From contig JANOQV010000127.1 of assembly GCA_031414955.1 (NCBI GenBank), positions 1 to 19,508 on the forward strand: a stretch of DNA of 19,508 bases. Reading direction: 5' to 3'. Positions within the stretch are counted from its first letter, which is position 1. Each line of letters begins with the position of its first letter. A program made the translations under genes and the position numbers. This stretch comes from Pedosphaera sp. (lineage in GTDB: Bacteria; Verrucomicrobiota; Verrucomicrobiia; Limisphaerales; SIBH01). Below the pieces are notes generated by a model that saw nothing but the letters and a program-made list of their open reading frames with translations, was not told the origin of the DNA and searched no databases. Below, one piece after another: positions 1 through 8,968 of the stretch.

Positions 1-1
1 G

Positions 2-1663
2 AGCTACGGCTGCGCGCTCTGGCTGGAGATCGTCCGCGCGACCAACAATGCCAGCAACGTGGTGGTGACGTTGCACAACACCATTCCCGGCACCAATTAC
101 CAGATTCTCAGCAAGACCAATTTGAGCGACACGAACTGGACGGCGGAGACGAACGTCACCGGCGCGGGCGGACAGGACTGGACGGCCGTGAGCGTGCCGA
201 TGAACGGACGCCCCCAGTTGTTCTTCCTCGGCGCGGCCAGCATTTTCGGCATCACCAAGAGTTTCCCCGGCCTGCAATTCACCAACTCGCAGACCAGTGT
301 GCCCGACGCCATGGGCGCAGTCGGGCCGAACCATTACGTCCAGGTATTGAACGCAGAAAGCAACCAGGTCGGGATCGCGGTCTTCGACAAATGTTCCGGC
401 AACTTGCTTCAGTCGGCCACGAACATGGCTTTTTTCCACGTTCAGTATCAGGGCACAAATTTCCCGCCGGGTCAGACCGTTGACCCGCGCGTATTATATG
501 ACCACGAGGCCCAACGCTGGGTGGCGACCATCCTCGACCGGACGAATCGACAAATCCTGCTCGCCATCAGCAAGTCCAGCTCACCGCTCGATCTGATGAC
601 CAACTGGGACAAGTACCTGCTCCCGGTTGCGGTCAGCGGTTTTCTCTCGGATTTTCCAACCCTGGGCCTGGACAAGAACGGCATCTACGTTTCGGTCGGC
701 CATCGGGAGTCGCGGAAAACACCCATTTCCAGCCACACCATTATGGCGCTGAAGAAGCCGGAGATTTACCAGGGCGTGGTGATTTCCAACCCCATCCCCT
801 TCCTCATCTATTCCAACGAACTGCCGGCCACCTCCATTTTCCCGGCGGTGAACTACGATCCAGAACCGCGCGGCGGCTACGCCTGGTTCGTGGCCAATAA
901 GCGGCCCGATCGCTCCAGCACCAACGGTGGTGCGCTGAGCTACCGGCGCATGATATGGACCGGCACCAACGTGGACTGGGCACCGGCGGACTCGAATTGG
1001 GTGGAAGTGGCAAACAGCCCCGTCTACCGCGACTACTTCGACCTCGACAAATCGTACGTCACTGCGCCGCAAGGGCCCGCCGGACTTGAGCTACGGATTT
1101 ATGACACGGGTAGCCGCATCCATTCACTCGTCATCCAGCACGGCAGCCTCTGGGCCTGTCAGCAGATCGGGCTTTCGGGAACAAACGGCCTCTACCCCGG
1201 GCCGGGCGGGAGCACCAACGTGGACCGTTCCGGTGTGCAGTGGTTGCACATCTCGACCGACACCAACGGCGAGTTCCTTTCCCTCACCAACGGGCGCATT
1301 TTCGACCCGACGAACTCCAACCCTTATTACTACTACTGCCCATCCGCGGCGGTGAATCAGTACGGAGACATGGTCGTTGGCTTCAACGGATCTCGGTCGG
1401 GAGAGTATATCCGCGCCTGTTATTGGTGGCGTTCACACACCGGTGCTCAGGCACCTCAGCCGCTGCTCATTCGTGTCGCACAAGACGTGGCCCCATATGC
1501 TGAGTGGGGTGATTACTCGGCGGCCAGCTTGGATCCGATTGATCGACTCCGAATATGGCTTGTCCTTCCCCTGGTCCCGGCTGATCCCATAGTTGAGGGT
1601 CATCCAGATAATCTCTGGGACACTTGGATTGAGGAAATCATCCCCGGTGCTTCCGGTCCGTAA
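2..1663 (+). CDS. Large putative secreted protein of unknown function, paralog 1 (5' truncated by the window edge)
   Basis: The frame is open from base 2 (SYGCALWLEIVRATNNASNVVVTLHNT) and aligns with SYGCALWLDAARSTNNPSNVVVTLHNT of the 2296..4248 paralog, so the GTG at 59 is not the true start. Shared motifs: PDAMGAVGP, DPRVLYD, SDFxTLGxDKNG, WGDYSAASLDP. Confidence 0.85.
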   Translation, partial: SYGCALWLEIVRATNNASNVVVTLHNTIPGTNYQILSKTNLSDTNWTAETNVTGAGGQDWTAVSVPMNGRPQLFFLGAASIFGITKSFPGLQFTNSQTSVPDAMGAVGPNHYVQVLNAESNQVGIAVFDKCSGNLLQSATNMAFFHVQYQGTNFPPGQTVDPRVLYDHEAQRWVATILDRTNRQILLAISKSSSPLDLMTNWDKYLLPVAVSGFLSDFPTLGLDKNGIYVSVGHRESRKTPISSHTIMALKKPEIYQGVVISNPIPFLIYSNELPATSIFPAVNYDPEPRGGYAWFVANKRPDRSSTNGGALSYRRMIWTGTNVDWAPADSNWVEVANSPVYRDYFDLDKSYVTAPQGPAGLELRIYDTGSRIHSLVIQHGSLWACQQIGLSGTNGLYPGPGGSTNVDRSGVQWLHISTDTNGEFLSLTNGRIFDPTNSNPYYYYCPSAAVNQYGDMVVGFNGSRSGEYIRACYWWRSHTGAQAPQPLLIRVAQDVAPYAEWGDYSAASLDPIDRLRIWLVLPLVPADPIVEGHPDNLWDTWIEEIIPGASGP

Positions 1664-1685
1664 CAAACTTCCAACCACCACTGTT

Positions 1686-2270
1686 ATGAGACGATTATTC
1701 TTCCTCGCTTGTTTCGCCAGTCTGCTCGACTTCGCCCACGCTCAAGGACTACTCATTTTTGCCAACAGCAACGCCACGGCCATCACCAATGGGCTGACGG
1801 GATTGCGTGCTCCGGGCGGTCCGGAGCAGGATGATACCTACGTGGGACTCTATGCTGGCAATGTCGGCGATCCCGTTCCCAGCCTTCAACTCGTCGCCGT
1901 CACCAATTGCTTCTCTCCGGGAAGGTTCTCGAAAGGGACGCTCGCGCTGGCAGGCTGGCCAGGAGGTGCCGTGGTCCAGCTTCAAGTTCGGGTCTGGCTG
2001 GCCTCGATTATCTACGCCACTTACGAAGCGGCGCTCGCCGCAGCGTTGGGCGGAGACACCTCGGTGTTGCTCGGCGCTTCCGTGCCGATGTTTGCTCAAC
2101 TTCAAGGAGCAGGAAATCCACCGTTGCCGGTGTCTATGGACGCTTATGGCTTGAACCCTGTGGTCCTCATGCCCATTCCCGAGCCGTCGGAGTGGGCCTT
2201 GGTGGCGGTGGCGATGGGCGCGGCTGTGCTGGCCGGGCGGCGTAAACGCAACCTTCCCCTTCGGCCATGA
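1686..2270 (+). CDS. PEP-CTERM sorting-domain surface protein (194 aa)
   Basis: ATG at 1686 gives a signal peptide MRRLFFLACFASLLDFAHA-QG. The C-terminus IPEPSEWALVAVAMGAAVLAGRRKR is a PEP motif, a TM helix and a basic cluster. Confidence 0.92.
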   Translation: MRRLFFLACFASLLDFAHAQGLLIFANSNATAITNGLTGLRAPGGPEQDDTYVGLYAGNVGDPVPSLQLVAVTNCFSPGRFSKGTLALAGWPGGAVVQLQVRVWLASIIYATYEAALAAALGGDTSVLLGASVPMFAQLQGAGNPPLPVSMDAYGLNPVVLMPIPEPSEWALVAVAMGAAVLAGRRKRNLPLRP

Positions 2271-2295
2271 AACTCGGGCTTACGAAACTGCATTT

Positions 2296-4248
2296 GTGTC
2301 AAAAGTGAGGGCAAACACCTTTTCCGAAACAGCGGTCGCGCGCGGCCGCTCCCAACTCAAGGTCCAGCGCTGCCTTGTCTTTACCATCCTTGGCCTCGCG
2401 CTGGCTGCCACGAGTTCCTTTCCTGTCCGGGCGGCGGAGCAGGCGAAGGCCGGCCCGCAGGAAGCTCTCCTGCTGCTGCTTTACCAAGCCTGGACGAATG
2501 TGATGGCCAAGGTTGCAAACAAACCCACGGCGGAGCAATTGGCGGCGATGAAATCCGCCCGCCAGAATACCGAAAGCGCCAGCAGCCTGGCCACCGTGAG
2601 CGCGGAGAGCTACGGTTGCGCCCTCTGGCTGGACGCGGCCCGCAGCACCAACAACCCGAGCAACGTGGTGGTGACGTTGCACAACACCGTCCCGGCCCTG
2701 AACTACAAGCTCTGGACCAAGACCGTGCTCATGCCCACCCAGTCTTGGACTTTGGAAACGAACGCGGGGGGAACCAGCGGCCAAAACTGGACGGCAGTGA
2801 CGGTGCCCCGGAACGGGCGCGCGAACCTGTTCTTCCTTGGCGGAGCGGGCGGCTTTGGCACGAACAAGAGCTTCGTAGGCTTGCAGCAATCCAACTCCGT
2901 TGCCTCTTTGCCCGATGCGATGGGCGCGGTGGGGCCGCAACACGTCATGCAAGTGTTGAACGTGCTTTCGGGAAAGGTCGGCGTTGCCGTCTTCGACAAA
3001 TGCACCGGCAACCTCATCCAGTCCGCGACGAATGAGGCATTTTTTTCGGTGCAATTCGGAGGAACGAATTATCCGACGGGCCAGACCTTTGACCCGCGCG
3101 TGTTGTATGACCACGAGTCTCAGCGCTGGGTAGCAACCATCCTCGACCGCACCACTCGCCAACTCGTGCTGGCCGTCAGCAAGTCCAGCACGCCGTTGAA
3201 CTTGCTAACGAACTGGGACAAGCACCTTCTTCCCGTCTCTGTCGGTGGTTCGTCCTCGGATTTTGGAACCTTGGGCGTGGACAAGAACGGCCTCTACATC
3301 TCCGTCGCGCAGCAGGACTTGGTGGCAGGAACCATTTCGAGCAACGTGATCGTTACGCTGAAAAAGCCGGAAATATATCAGGGTAACGTTATCTCGAATT
3401 TCTTCCTGACGCATTCCAACGAACTGCCGGCGAGCGCCATTTTCCCGGCTGTAAATTTTGATGCAGAACCACGCGGTGGCTTCGCTTGGTTCGTGGCCAA
3501 GAAGTGGCCCGATCGCACCAGCACGAATCACGGCGGCGTACTCGCCTACCGGAGAATGACCTGGAGCGGAAGCAACACGGCATGGGCGGACACCAACTGG
3601 GTGGAGGTGCCGAACAGCCCAATCTATCGGGACTACTTCGACCTGGACAAATCGGGAGTGACAGCGCCGCAGGGCGTTGAGGCTCCGGCAATTGAGCTTT
3701 ATGGGACGGGCAGTCGATTGATGAGCGCCGTTATCCAAAATGGCAATCTCTGGACGTGTCAGCATGTGGGGCTTTCGGGTACGAACGGTCACTACCCCGG
3801 GCATGGGGGCAGTACAAATGTGGATCGTTCTGGCATTCAGTGGCTTCGAATTGGCACGGACACGAACGGCCAGTTTCTTACGGTGACGAACGGAAGAATC
3901 TTCGATGCAACAAACTCGAATCCTTTTTATTACTACTGTCCTTCACTCATGGTGAATAAAAATGGAGACGCGATTACGGGCTTCAACAGTTCTCGCTCCG
4001 GAGATTACATCCGCGCACTTTACCTTTGGAGGACCAGCCAGGCCGCTCAACCTTTGCAACCGCTTGTCCTGCGAGAGGGTCAAGATATCGCGCAACATGG
4101 TTCGTGGGGGGACTACTCGGCCGCGAGCTTAGACCCAACGGACCGGCTCCGAATTTGGCTGGTTATCCCGTGTGTGCCCTCATCCTCGCTGGATAACGAA
4201 TGGGATACGTGGATAGGAGAAATTGTCCCTGATGAGGTTGCTCCATAA
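2296..4248 (+). CDS. Large putative secreted protein of unknown function, paralog 2 (650 aa, start uncertain)
   Basis: Long ORF with an N-terminal hydrophobic segment (CLVFTILGLALAATSSFPVRA). Colinear with 2..1663 at a DNA offset of about 2606 bp. Rich in N/T/S/G and aromatic residues, consistent with a beta-rich extracellular fold. Confidence 0.88.
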   Translation: MSKVRANTFSETAVARGRSQLKVQRCLVFTILGLALAATSSFPVRAAEQAKAGPQEALLLLLYQAWTNVMAKVANKPTAEQLAAMKSARQNTESASSLATVSAESYGCALWLDAARSTNNPSNVVVTLHNTVPALNYKLWTKTVLMPTQSWTLETNAGGTSGQNWTAVTVPRNGRANLFFLGGAGGFGTNKSFVGLQQSNSVASLPDAMGAVGPQHVMQVLNVLSGKVGVAVFDKCTGNLIQSATNEAFFSVQFGGTNYPTGQTFDPRVLYDHESQRWVATILDRTTRQLVLAVSKSSTPLNLLTNWDKHLLPVSVGGSSSDFGTLGVDKNGLYISVAQQDLVAGTISSNVIVTLKKPEIYQGNVISNFFLTHSNELPASAIFPAVNFDAEPRGGFAWFVAKKWPDRTSTNHGGVLAYRRMTWSGSNTAWADTNWVEVPNSPIYRDYFDLDKSGVTAPQGVEAPAIELYGTGSRLMSAVIQNGNLWTCQHVGLSGTNGHYPGHGGSTNVDRSGIQWLRIGTDTNGQFLTVTNGRIFDATNSNPFYYYCPSLMVNKNGDAITGFNSSRSGDYIRALYLWRTSQAAQPLQPLVLREGQDIAQHGSWGDYSAASLDPTDRLRIWLVIPCVPSSSLDNEWDTWIGEIVPDEVAP

Positions 4249-4271
4249 TAGAACAAACAATTCCTACTAAA

Positions 4272-4805
4272 ATGAAACGAATACTCCTTACGATCATTTG
4301 TCTCACGGGTTTGATCCAAGCTACGCAAGCTCAAGGAGTCTTCGTTTTCTCGAATCCTGGCGCTCGAACGCGTGTCGGCAGCATTGATGGCCCCTACGCA
4401 GGGCCAGGTATTCTCGCCCAGATGCTGCTCGGCCTGACTACGGACAGTTTAACTCCGGTCGGTCTGCCCGTGGCACATCAGGCGGGGACCGGGGGAGTAG
4501 CAGGAGGGACTCTCACTGTTCCGGGAATTCCCGGAAACACATTTGTCTTTGTGCAGATGGTCGTATGGGACCAAACAATCTGGGGTTCATCGCTGAGTGG
4601 GGTGCCTCAACAGTGGCGCGGGTACACGGACATCATACCGCTCGAGTTGTCGTATGCATTTGACCCTCCGTTGATCCCCTTCTTTAACCAAGCCGCCATC
4701 GTGCCGGTGCCGGAGCCGTCGTCCATCGCATTACTTGCGCTGGCGTGCGGCGGCGCGTTGGTCGGTTTGCGGCGGCGCCATCCTGTCCGTTCCGATATGC
4801 GATGA
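4272..4805 (+). CDS. PEP-CTERM sorting-domain surface protein (177 aa)
   Basis: Signal peptide MKRILLTIICLTGLIQATQA-QG and C-terminal VPEPSSIALLALACGGALVGLRRRH. Distant homolog of 1686..2270 (AQGxxxFxN, PG...VxxQxxVW). Confidence 0.93.
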   Translation: MKRILLTIICLTGLIQATQAQGVFVFSNPGARTRVGSIDGPYAGPGILAQMLLGLTTDSLTPVGLPVAHQAGTGGVAGGTLTVPGIPGNTFVFVQMVVWDQTIWGSSLSGVPQQWRGYTDIIPLELSYAFDPPLIPFFNQAAIVPVPEPSSIALLALACGGALVGLRRRHPVRSDMR

Positions 4806-4942
4806 AAGTGACATCGATCATCTCGCTCGCCGCCCTCTTGTTGTGCCCGGCGCGTATGGTCAGGGACAATTCGTTTCAGCCAAGTGAGACAGGATTAACA
4901 GGACTTGCAGAATTCTTTCCGCGGAATTCGGTCGGTGACTAG
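4802..4942 (+). other. Short ORF (46 aa) starting with a signal-peptide-like segment; possible gene stub
   Basis: The ATG overlaps the upstream stop (ATGA). Reads MKVTSIISLAALLLCPA and then runs into a short acaggatta/acaggactt repeat. Confidence 0.3.
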
Positions 4943-5001
4943 AGACTGCGCGGCCCGTCGCAACCGGAGTCCGGGATTATTTCAGGCTGCCTCTGCCAGC
5001 C

Positions 5002-5749
5002 TCATGGCTCGAAGTAGAGGAGGAAGCGGGTGAGGAAGTAATCGAAGATCAGGATGAGCACGATGGAGTTGACCACGGCCTTGGTCACGGAGCGGCCGAT
5101 GCCGCGCGGGCCGCCGATGGTTTGCAGTCCTTGCGCGCAGGAGATGATGCCGATGGTGAGCGCAAAGATGAAACTCTTGAACAGTCCGTGGGCCACGTCC
5201 CCAAAATCGACCGTCTGCCGCAGGTTCGAGAAAAACGACGAGTAGCCGATGGCGATCTTCTCATTGGCCGCCGCCACCATGGCACCGCCGAACCAGCCGA
5301 CCAGGATCGAGAACAGCGTGAGCATGGGCAGCGCGGCGCTGATGGCGGTGATGCGCGGCAGAACCAGGTAATGGATGGGGGTAGATGTTCATGGTGCGGA
5401 GCGCGTCGATTTCCTGATAAACGCGCATGGAGCCAATCTCCGCGGCCATGGCCGAGCCGATGCGGCCGGCGATGAGGATGGCCATCATCAAGGGGCCGAG
5501 TTCCTTGGCCATGGCCATGCCCACGCCGCCGCCGATGGAGGTGGACAGGCCGTACTTGGCCAGCAGATTGCCGGTCTGGAGCGAGATCACGCCGCCGATG
5601 AAAAGCGAGAGGACGCAGGCCATGAGCAGGCTGGCGTTGCCAATCTCGAAGAGCTGGTCGAAGAATTTTTGCTTCTGGCGCCAGAGTTTGGGCAGCGCCT
5701 GCAACGTGCGCAGGAACAACACCACCATCTCGCCAATGCTTTGGAACAT
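5002..5749 (-). CDS. mlaE: MlaE/Ttg2B-family ABC transporter permease, split by a +1 frameshift (sequence error or pseudogene)
   Basis: The 5' frame has KELGPLMMAILIAGRIGSAMAAEIGSMRVYQEIDALRTMNI and the 3' frame has GGPRGIGRSVTKAVVNS. Removing one G from the G5 run at 5377-5381 joins them as MNIYPIHYLVLPRITAISAALPMLT. Start placed at ATG 5749 (MFQSIGEM); 5812 is an alternative. Confidence 0.88.
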
Positions 5750-5922
5750 ATCGCCCGCCTGACATATCCGCGCAGGGTCGGGAAAGCTCCCGGTGTGGTA
5801 ATTCTTCTGCATGAGGGCGAGGTGAGCACGGGGCGTTGGCGAAACTTTGACTGGTCAGGCGACTTTGCTACGGTGCGCACTCCATGCGAGCGGATTAAAC
5901 CGGAAGGCATGGCACAACCATT

Positions 5923-6387
5923 GTGCTCAAAAAAATCAAAGTCACCGGGGCCAGGGCTACGGGCGGGCGCTTCGCCATTGTCGCCTCGAAGTACAACGCG
6001 CGTTATGTCGAGTCCATGCTGCGGGCGGCCACCACCATTTTGAAGCAGGCCGGTGCCCGGGATATTCAAGTCGTACGGGTGCCGGGTGCGTTTGAGATTC
6101 CAGTGGTCGCGGCGAAACTCGCGGGCGGCCTGCCCGCGCCTTCGGCCATCATCTGTCTCGGCGTCATCCTGCGCGGCGCCACCACCCACGCGCAGACGGT
6201 CAGTGACGTGGTGAGCTTTGCTTTGGGTGAAATCTCCCTGCGCACCCAGGTGCCGGTTATTCACGAGGTCCTACTGTTGGAGGACGAGGCGCAGGCCCGG
6301 AAGCGTTGCTTGAGCAGGACGCATAATCGCGGCGCGGAGGCGGCGCTGACGGCGATCGAGATGAGCCGGGTGCTGGCGCGGCTGTGA
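5923..6387 (+). CDS. ribH: 6,7-dimethyl-8-ribityllumazine synthase
   Basis: 154 aa with RFAIVASKYN, VPGAFEIP, ICLGVILRGATTH and NRGAEAALTAIEM. Confidence 0.93.
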   Translation: MLKKIKVTGARATGGRFAIVASKYNARYVESMLRAATTILKQAGARDIQVVRVPGAFEIPVVAAKLAGGLPAPSAIICLGVILRGATTHAQTVSDVVSFALGEISLRTQVPVIHEVLLLEDEAQARKRCLSRTHNRGAEAALTAIEMSRVLARL

Positions 6388-6403
6388 CGGGGTCGGGAAA
6401 CCG

Positions 6404-7141
6404 TCACTCCGGGGAGGCCACTTTCGCTTCCGACTCCGCCCCTCGCGACACCAGCACCACGAATTCTCCCTTGAGTGATCGCTTCCAGGCAATCTCCAGC
6501 AATTGCGCCGGTGTGCCGCGCAGGAACTCCTCGAACTTCTTGGTCAGTTCCCGCGCGAGCACGACGCTGGAGGCGGGAAAAATCTCGCCCAGTTCACCGA
6601 GCAATTTCTCCACCCGGTAAGGTGATTCGTAAAAGACCAGCGTGCCCGGCACGGCGCGCAGCGTCTCCAGTTGCCGTCGGCGCTGGCCTGATTTGACGGG
6701 CATGAAACCCACGAAATGAAATTCCTCCGTGGGCAGTCCGCTGGCCGTGAGCGCGGCCACCAGCGCGCACGGGCCGGGTACAGATTCCACGCGAAAGCCC
6801 GCCGCCAGGGCGGCTTCCACCACGCGCGCACCAGGATCGCTGATGCCCGGCGTTCCGGCATCAGTGACGAGGGCGACTTTCTCGCCGCGCCCGAGGCGAT
6901 CCAGAATCTCCTCACTTCTTTTTGCCTCATTGAAACGAAAATAACTCAAGAGCGGCTTGGAAATGCCGAAGTGTATTAGCAGTTGGCCGGTTCGACGAGT
7001 GTCCTCCGCCGCGACGACATCGGCTTCGCGCAAGGTGCGAAGCGCCCGCAAGGTGATGTCTTCAAGGTTACCGATCGGCGTCGCGACGAGATAAAGCGTC
7101 GCCGACGCGAGCGGGGGCAGAGTCGATTCAGTCGCAGGCAT
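6404..7141 (-). CDS. rsmI: 16S rRNA (cytidine1402-2'-O)-methyltransferase
   Basis: LYLVATPIGNLEDITLRAL, AAEDTRRT, DAGTPGISDPG, FYESPYR, ARELTKKFEE, KGEFVVLV. Confidence 0.97.
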   Translation of the reverse strand: MPATESTLPPLASATLYLVATPIGNLEDITLRALRTLREADVVAAEDTRRTGQLLIHFGISKPLLSYFRFNEAKRSEEILDRLGRGEKVALVTDAGTPGISDPGARVVEAALAAGFRVESVPGPCALVAALTASGLPTEEFHFVGFMPVKSGQRRRQLETLRAVPGTLVFYESPYRVEKLLGELGEIFPASSVVLARELTKKFEEFLRGTPAQLLEIAWKRSLKGEFVVLVSRGAESEAKVASPE

Positions 7142-7196
7142 GTTGAGGATGGTTCAACAGGCGCGGCACGACGCCAACGAAAAAGAAAGGCAACAC

Positions 7197-8963
7197 ATGT
7201 TGGGCTTGTTTAAGAGAATCTTGTCGAGAACGTCGGCGTCGCGCTCCGTGGCACCGGTGGTCGAAGCGACCCCTGCGGCCAAGCCAGTCCCCCGGGCTGG
7301 GGCCATTCCTCCGCCGCGGATGCCGCCACTGCGGGTCAATACCACTCCGCCCACACCCGCGCCGCGCCCTGTCGCTTCTTCGCCGGATGGCAGCACGCAT
7401 GTGCAAGTGGCGCTGGCGGCGATTGCCGGGAGCCTGCCCGACGCGTTGCGCCACAAGGTGCCGGCCGCAGCGGATCAATATGTTTCCATCCCGGTGGACC
7501 GGGTGCTCTCGCAACTGGCTTATGGCAGCGTGCAATTGAGCGCGGGTGAACTCCGGGCCTGCGCGCCCGAACATTTCAGCGCCCTGGTTGGTTCAGATGA
7601 TGTGCAGGTGAGTCTGCCGCTGGCCGATGTGCTGCCACAGTTGTCGCCGCAACAATATGCGCGCCGGCCTCAGCACAAAGTGGAAATCCCGGAAGATGTA
7701 GCCTCCGTTTTCGCGGCCGGTGGCGGCGGCCCAAGCGGGATCCGACCCACTCCGGCCCAGCCCGTGCCCCAGGTGCGCCCCCAAGCCACGGTCACCATGA
7801 CTACGCCCCAGCAACCGGTGGCACCGTCGGCTCCGACCTCCGGATCGCCGAAGATTTCCATGTCGCCGCAGGCACTGGCGGCGCTGCGGGCCAAGGTTCC
7901 CATGCCTTCGACCGCTCCGCTCCCCGCACGCCCGAACGGTCTCGCGCCTCAGCGTCCGGTGGCCCCTGCTCCGGCGGTCGCCACGCCCTTGCCAGTGGCC
8001 CCAAGCACCCCGGCTCCACGGAAAACAACTCCTGATTTTATCAAGCCGACCGGTCATTTGGCCGTGCCGCTGGGCCAGGTTTGCCCCGAATGGGTGCGGG
8101 AAGTTCGCGCGCAGTTGGAGGACGTGGATGTGGAGAATTCCCAAATCCTCGTCCCGCTTGAATTCCTCGAACCGGCCATGAAAAGCGGCAAGCCGCTCTT
8201 CAGTTGGGCGGAAGTGGCATCGTGGATTCAACCAGCCCTGTCCAGTCCTCCCACGGCCAAGGTCGGCGAAATGCCGGTGGAGCTTCCGCTCAAAGTGGTC
8301 GCACCCTTGTTCATGGCCCTGCATCGCGGTGCGGTGCAGAAAAAGGCGGCGGTGGATCAAACCATCCCCGATGTGTTCGGCAACACCAACGGCAGCGCCA
8401 ACGGTGGCAACGGCCACGCTGCTCCGGCGGCTGCTCCGGCGGCCCCGGCAGCCTTCACGGCCCCGCCCTCGGCCGTTCCATCACGTTCCGTCACGCCGGC
8501 AACTCCGACCAGCCCAGCGCCCAACGTCTCTCGAATGACCTCGCTTTCCGCGCCCACACTGCCGCCGGACGAGCCAGTCATTTCCTTGGAATCCATCATC
8601 GGTGGCGAAGGAGCCAGGTTCTCGGTGAAGGAAATCGTGGTCAACGCCTCGCGCCTGCCTGGCGCGGCGGGCGCGCTCCTCGCCATGAGCGACGGGCTGC
8701 TCGTCACGAGCCAAACCCCGCCGAACGTGAAGGGCGAAACCATCGCCGCGTTCCTGCCCCAGATGTTTGGCCGCATGAATCAATACACCAAGGAACTCGC
8801 GCTGGGACCTCTCCAGCAACTCACGCTCGGCGTGGCCGGCGGCCAGTGGCACGTCATCAAATGCGAGACCATCTATTTTGCCGTGCTCGGCAGGCCCGGC
8901 GAATCACTCCCACTTAACTTGCTCGCTCAAGTTGCCGCTGAATTGAGCAGTCAATCGAACTAG
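7197..8963 (+). CDS. Pro/Ala-rich multidomain protein with two copies of an unknown ~85-aa domain and a C-terminal Roadblock/LC7 (MglB-like) domain
   Basis: ATG 7197 (MLGLFKRIL) follows AAAGAAAGG and avoids overlap with rsmI. The C-terminal LPGAAGALLAMSDGLLVTSQ...ETIAAFLPQMF...ELALGPLQQLTL is a Roadblock pattern. Ends 5 bp before mglA. Confidence 0.82.
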   Translation: MLGLFKRILSRTSASRSVAPVVEATPAAKPVPRAGAIPPPRMPPLRVNTTPPTPAPRPVASSPDGSTHVQVALAAIAGSLPDALRHKVPAAADQYVSIPVDRVLSQLAYGSVQLSAGELRACAPEHFSALVGSDDVQVSLPLADVLPQLSPQQYARRPQHKVEIPEDVASVFAAGGGGPSGIRPTPAQPVPQVRPQATVTMTTPQQPVAPSAPTSGSPKISMSPQALAALRAKVPMPSTAPLPARPNGLAPQRPVAPAPAVATPLPVAPSTPAPRKTTPDFIKPTGHLAVPLGQVCPEWVREVRAQLEDVDVENSQILVPLEFLEPAMKSGKPLFSWAEVASWIQPALSSPPTAKVGEMPVELPLKVVAPLFMALHRGAVQKKAAVDQTIPDVFGNTNGSANGGNGHAAPAAAPAAPAAFTAPPSAVPSRSVTPATPTSPAPNVSRMTSLSAPTLPPDEPVISLESIIGGEGARFSVKEIVVNASRLPGAAGALLAMSDGLLVTSQTPPNVKGETIAAFLPQMFGRMNQYTKELALGPLQQLTLGVAGGQWHVIKCETIYFAVLGRPGESLPLNLLAQVAAELSSQSN

Positions 8964-8968
8964 TTCCT

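Noticed and set aside
2267..2308. ATGA-coupled start as the true start of paralog 2
   Set aside because: It is out of frame with 2296..4248 and stops after 13 codons; joining them would need an unsupported indel.
2..4805. Polymorphic toxin-immunity pairs
   Set aside because: The C-termini of the large proteins remain homologous, and the small genes encode PEP-CTERM surface proteins rather than immunity-like proteins.
5813..5922. FMN riboswitch upstream of ribH
   Set aside because: No RFN-element consensus motifs are recognisable in this short divergent intergenic region.
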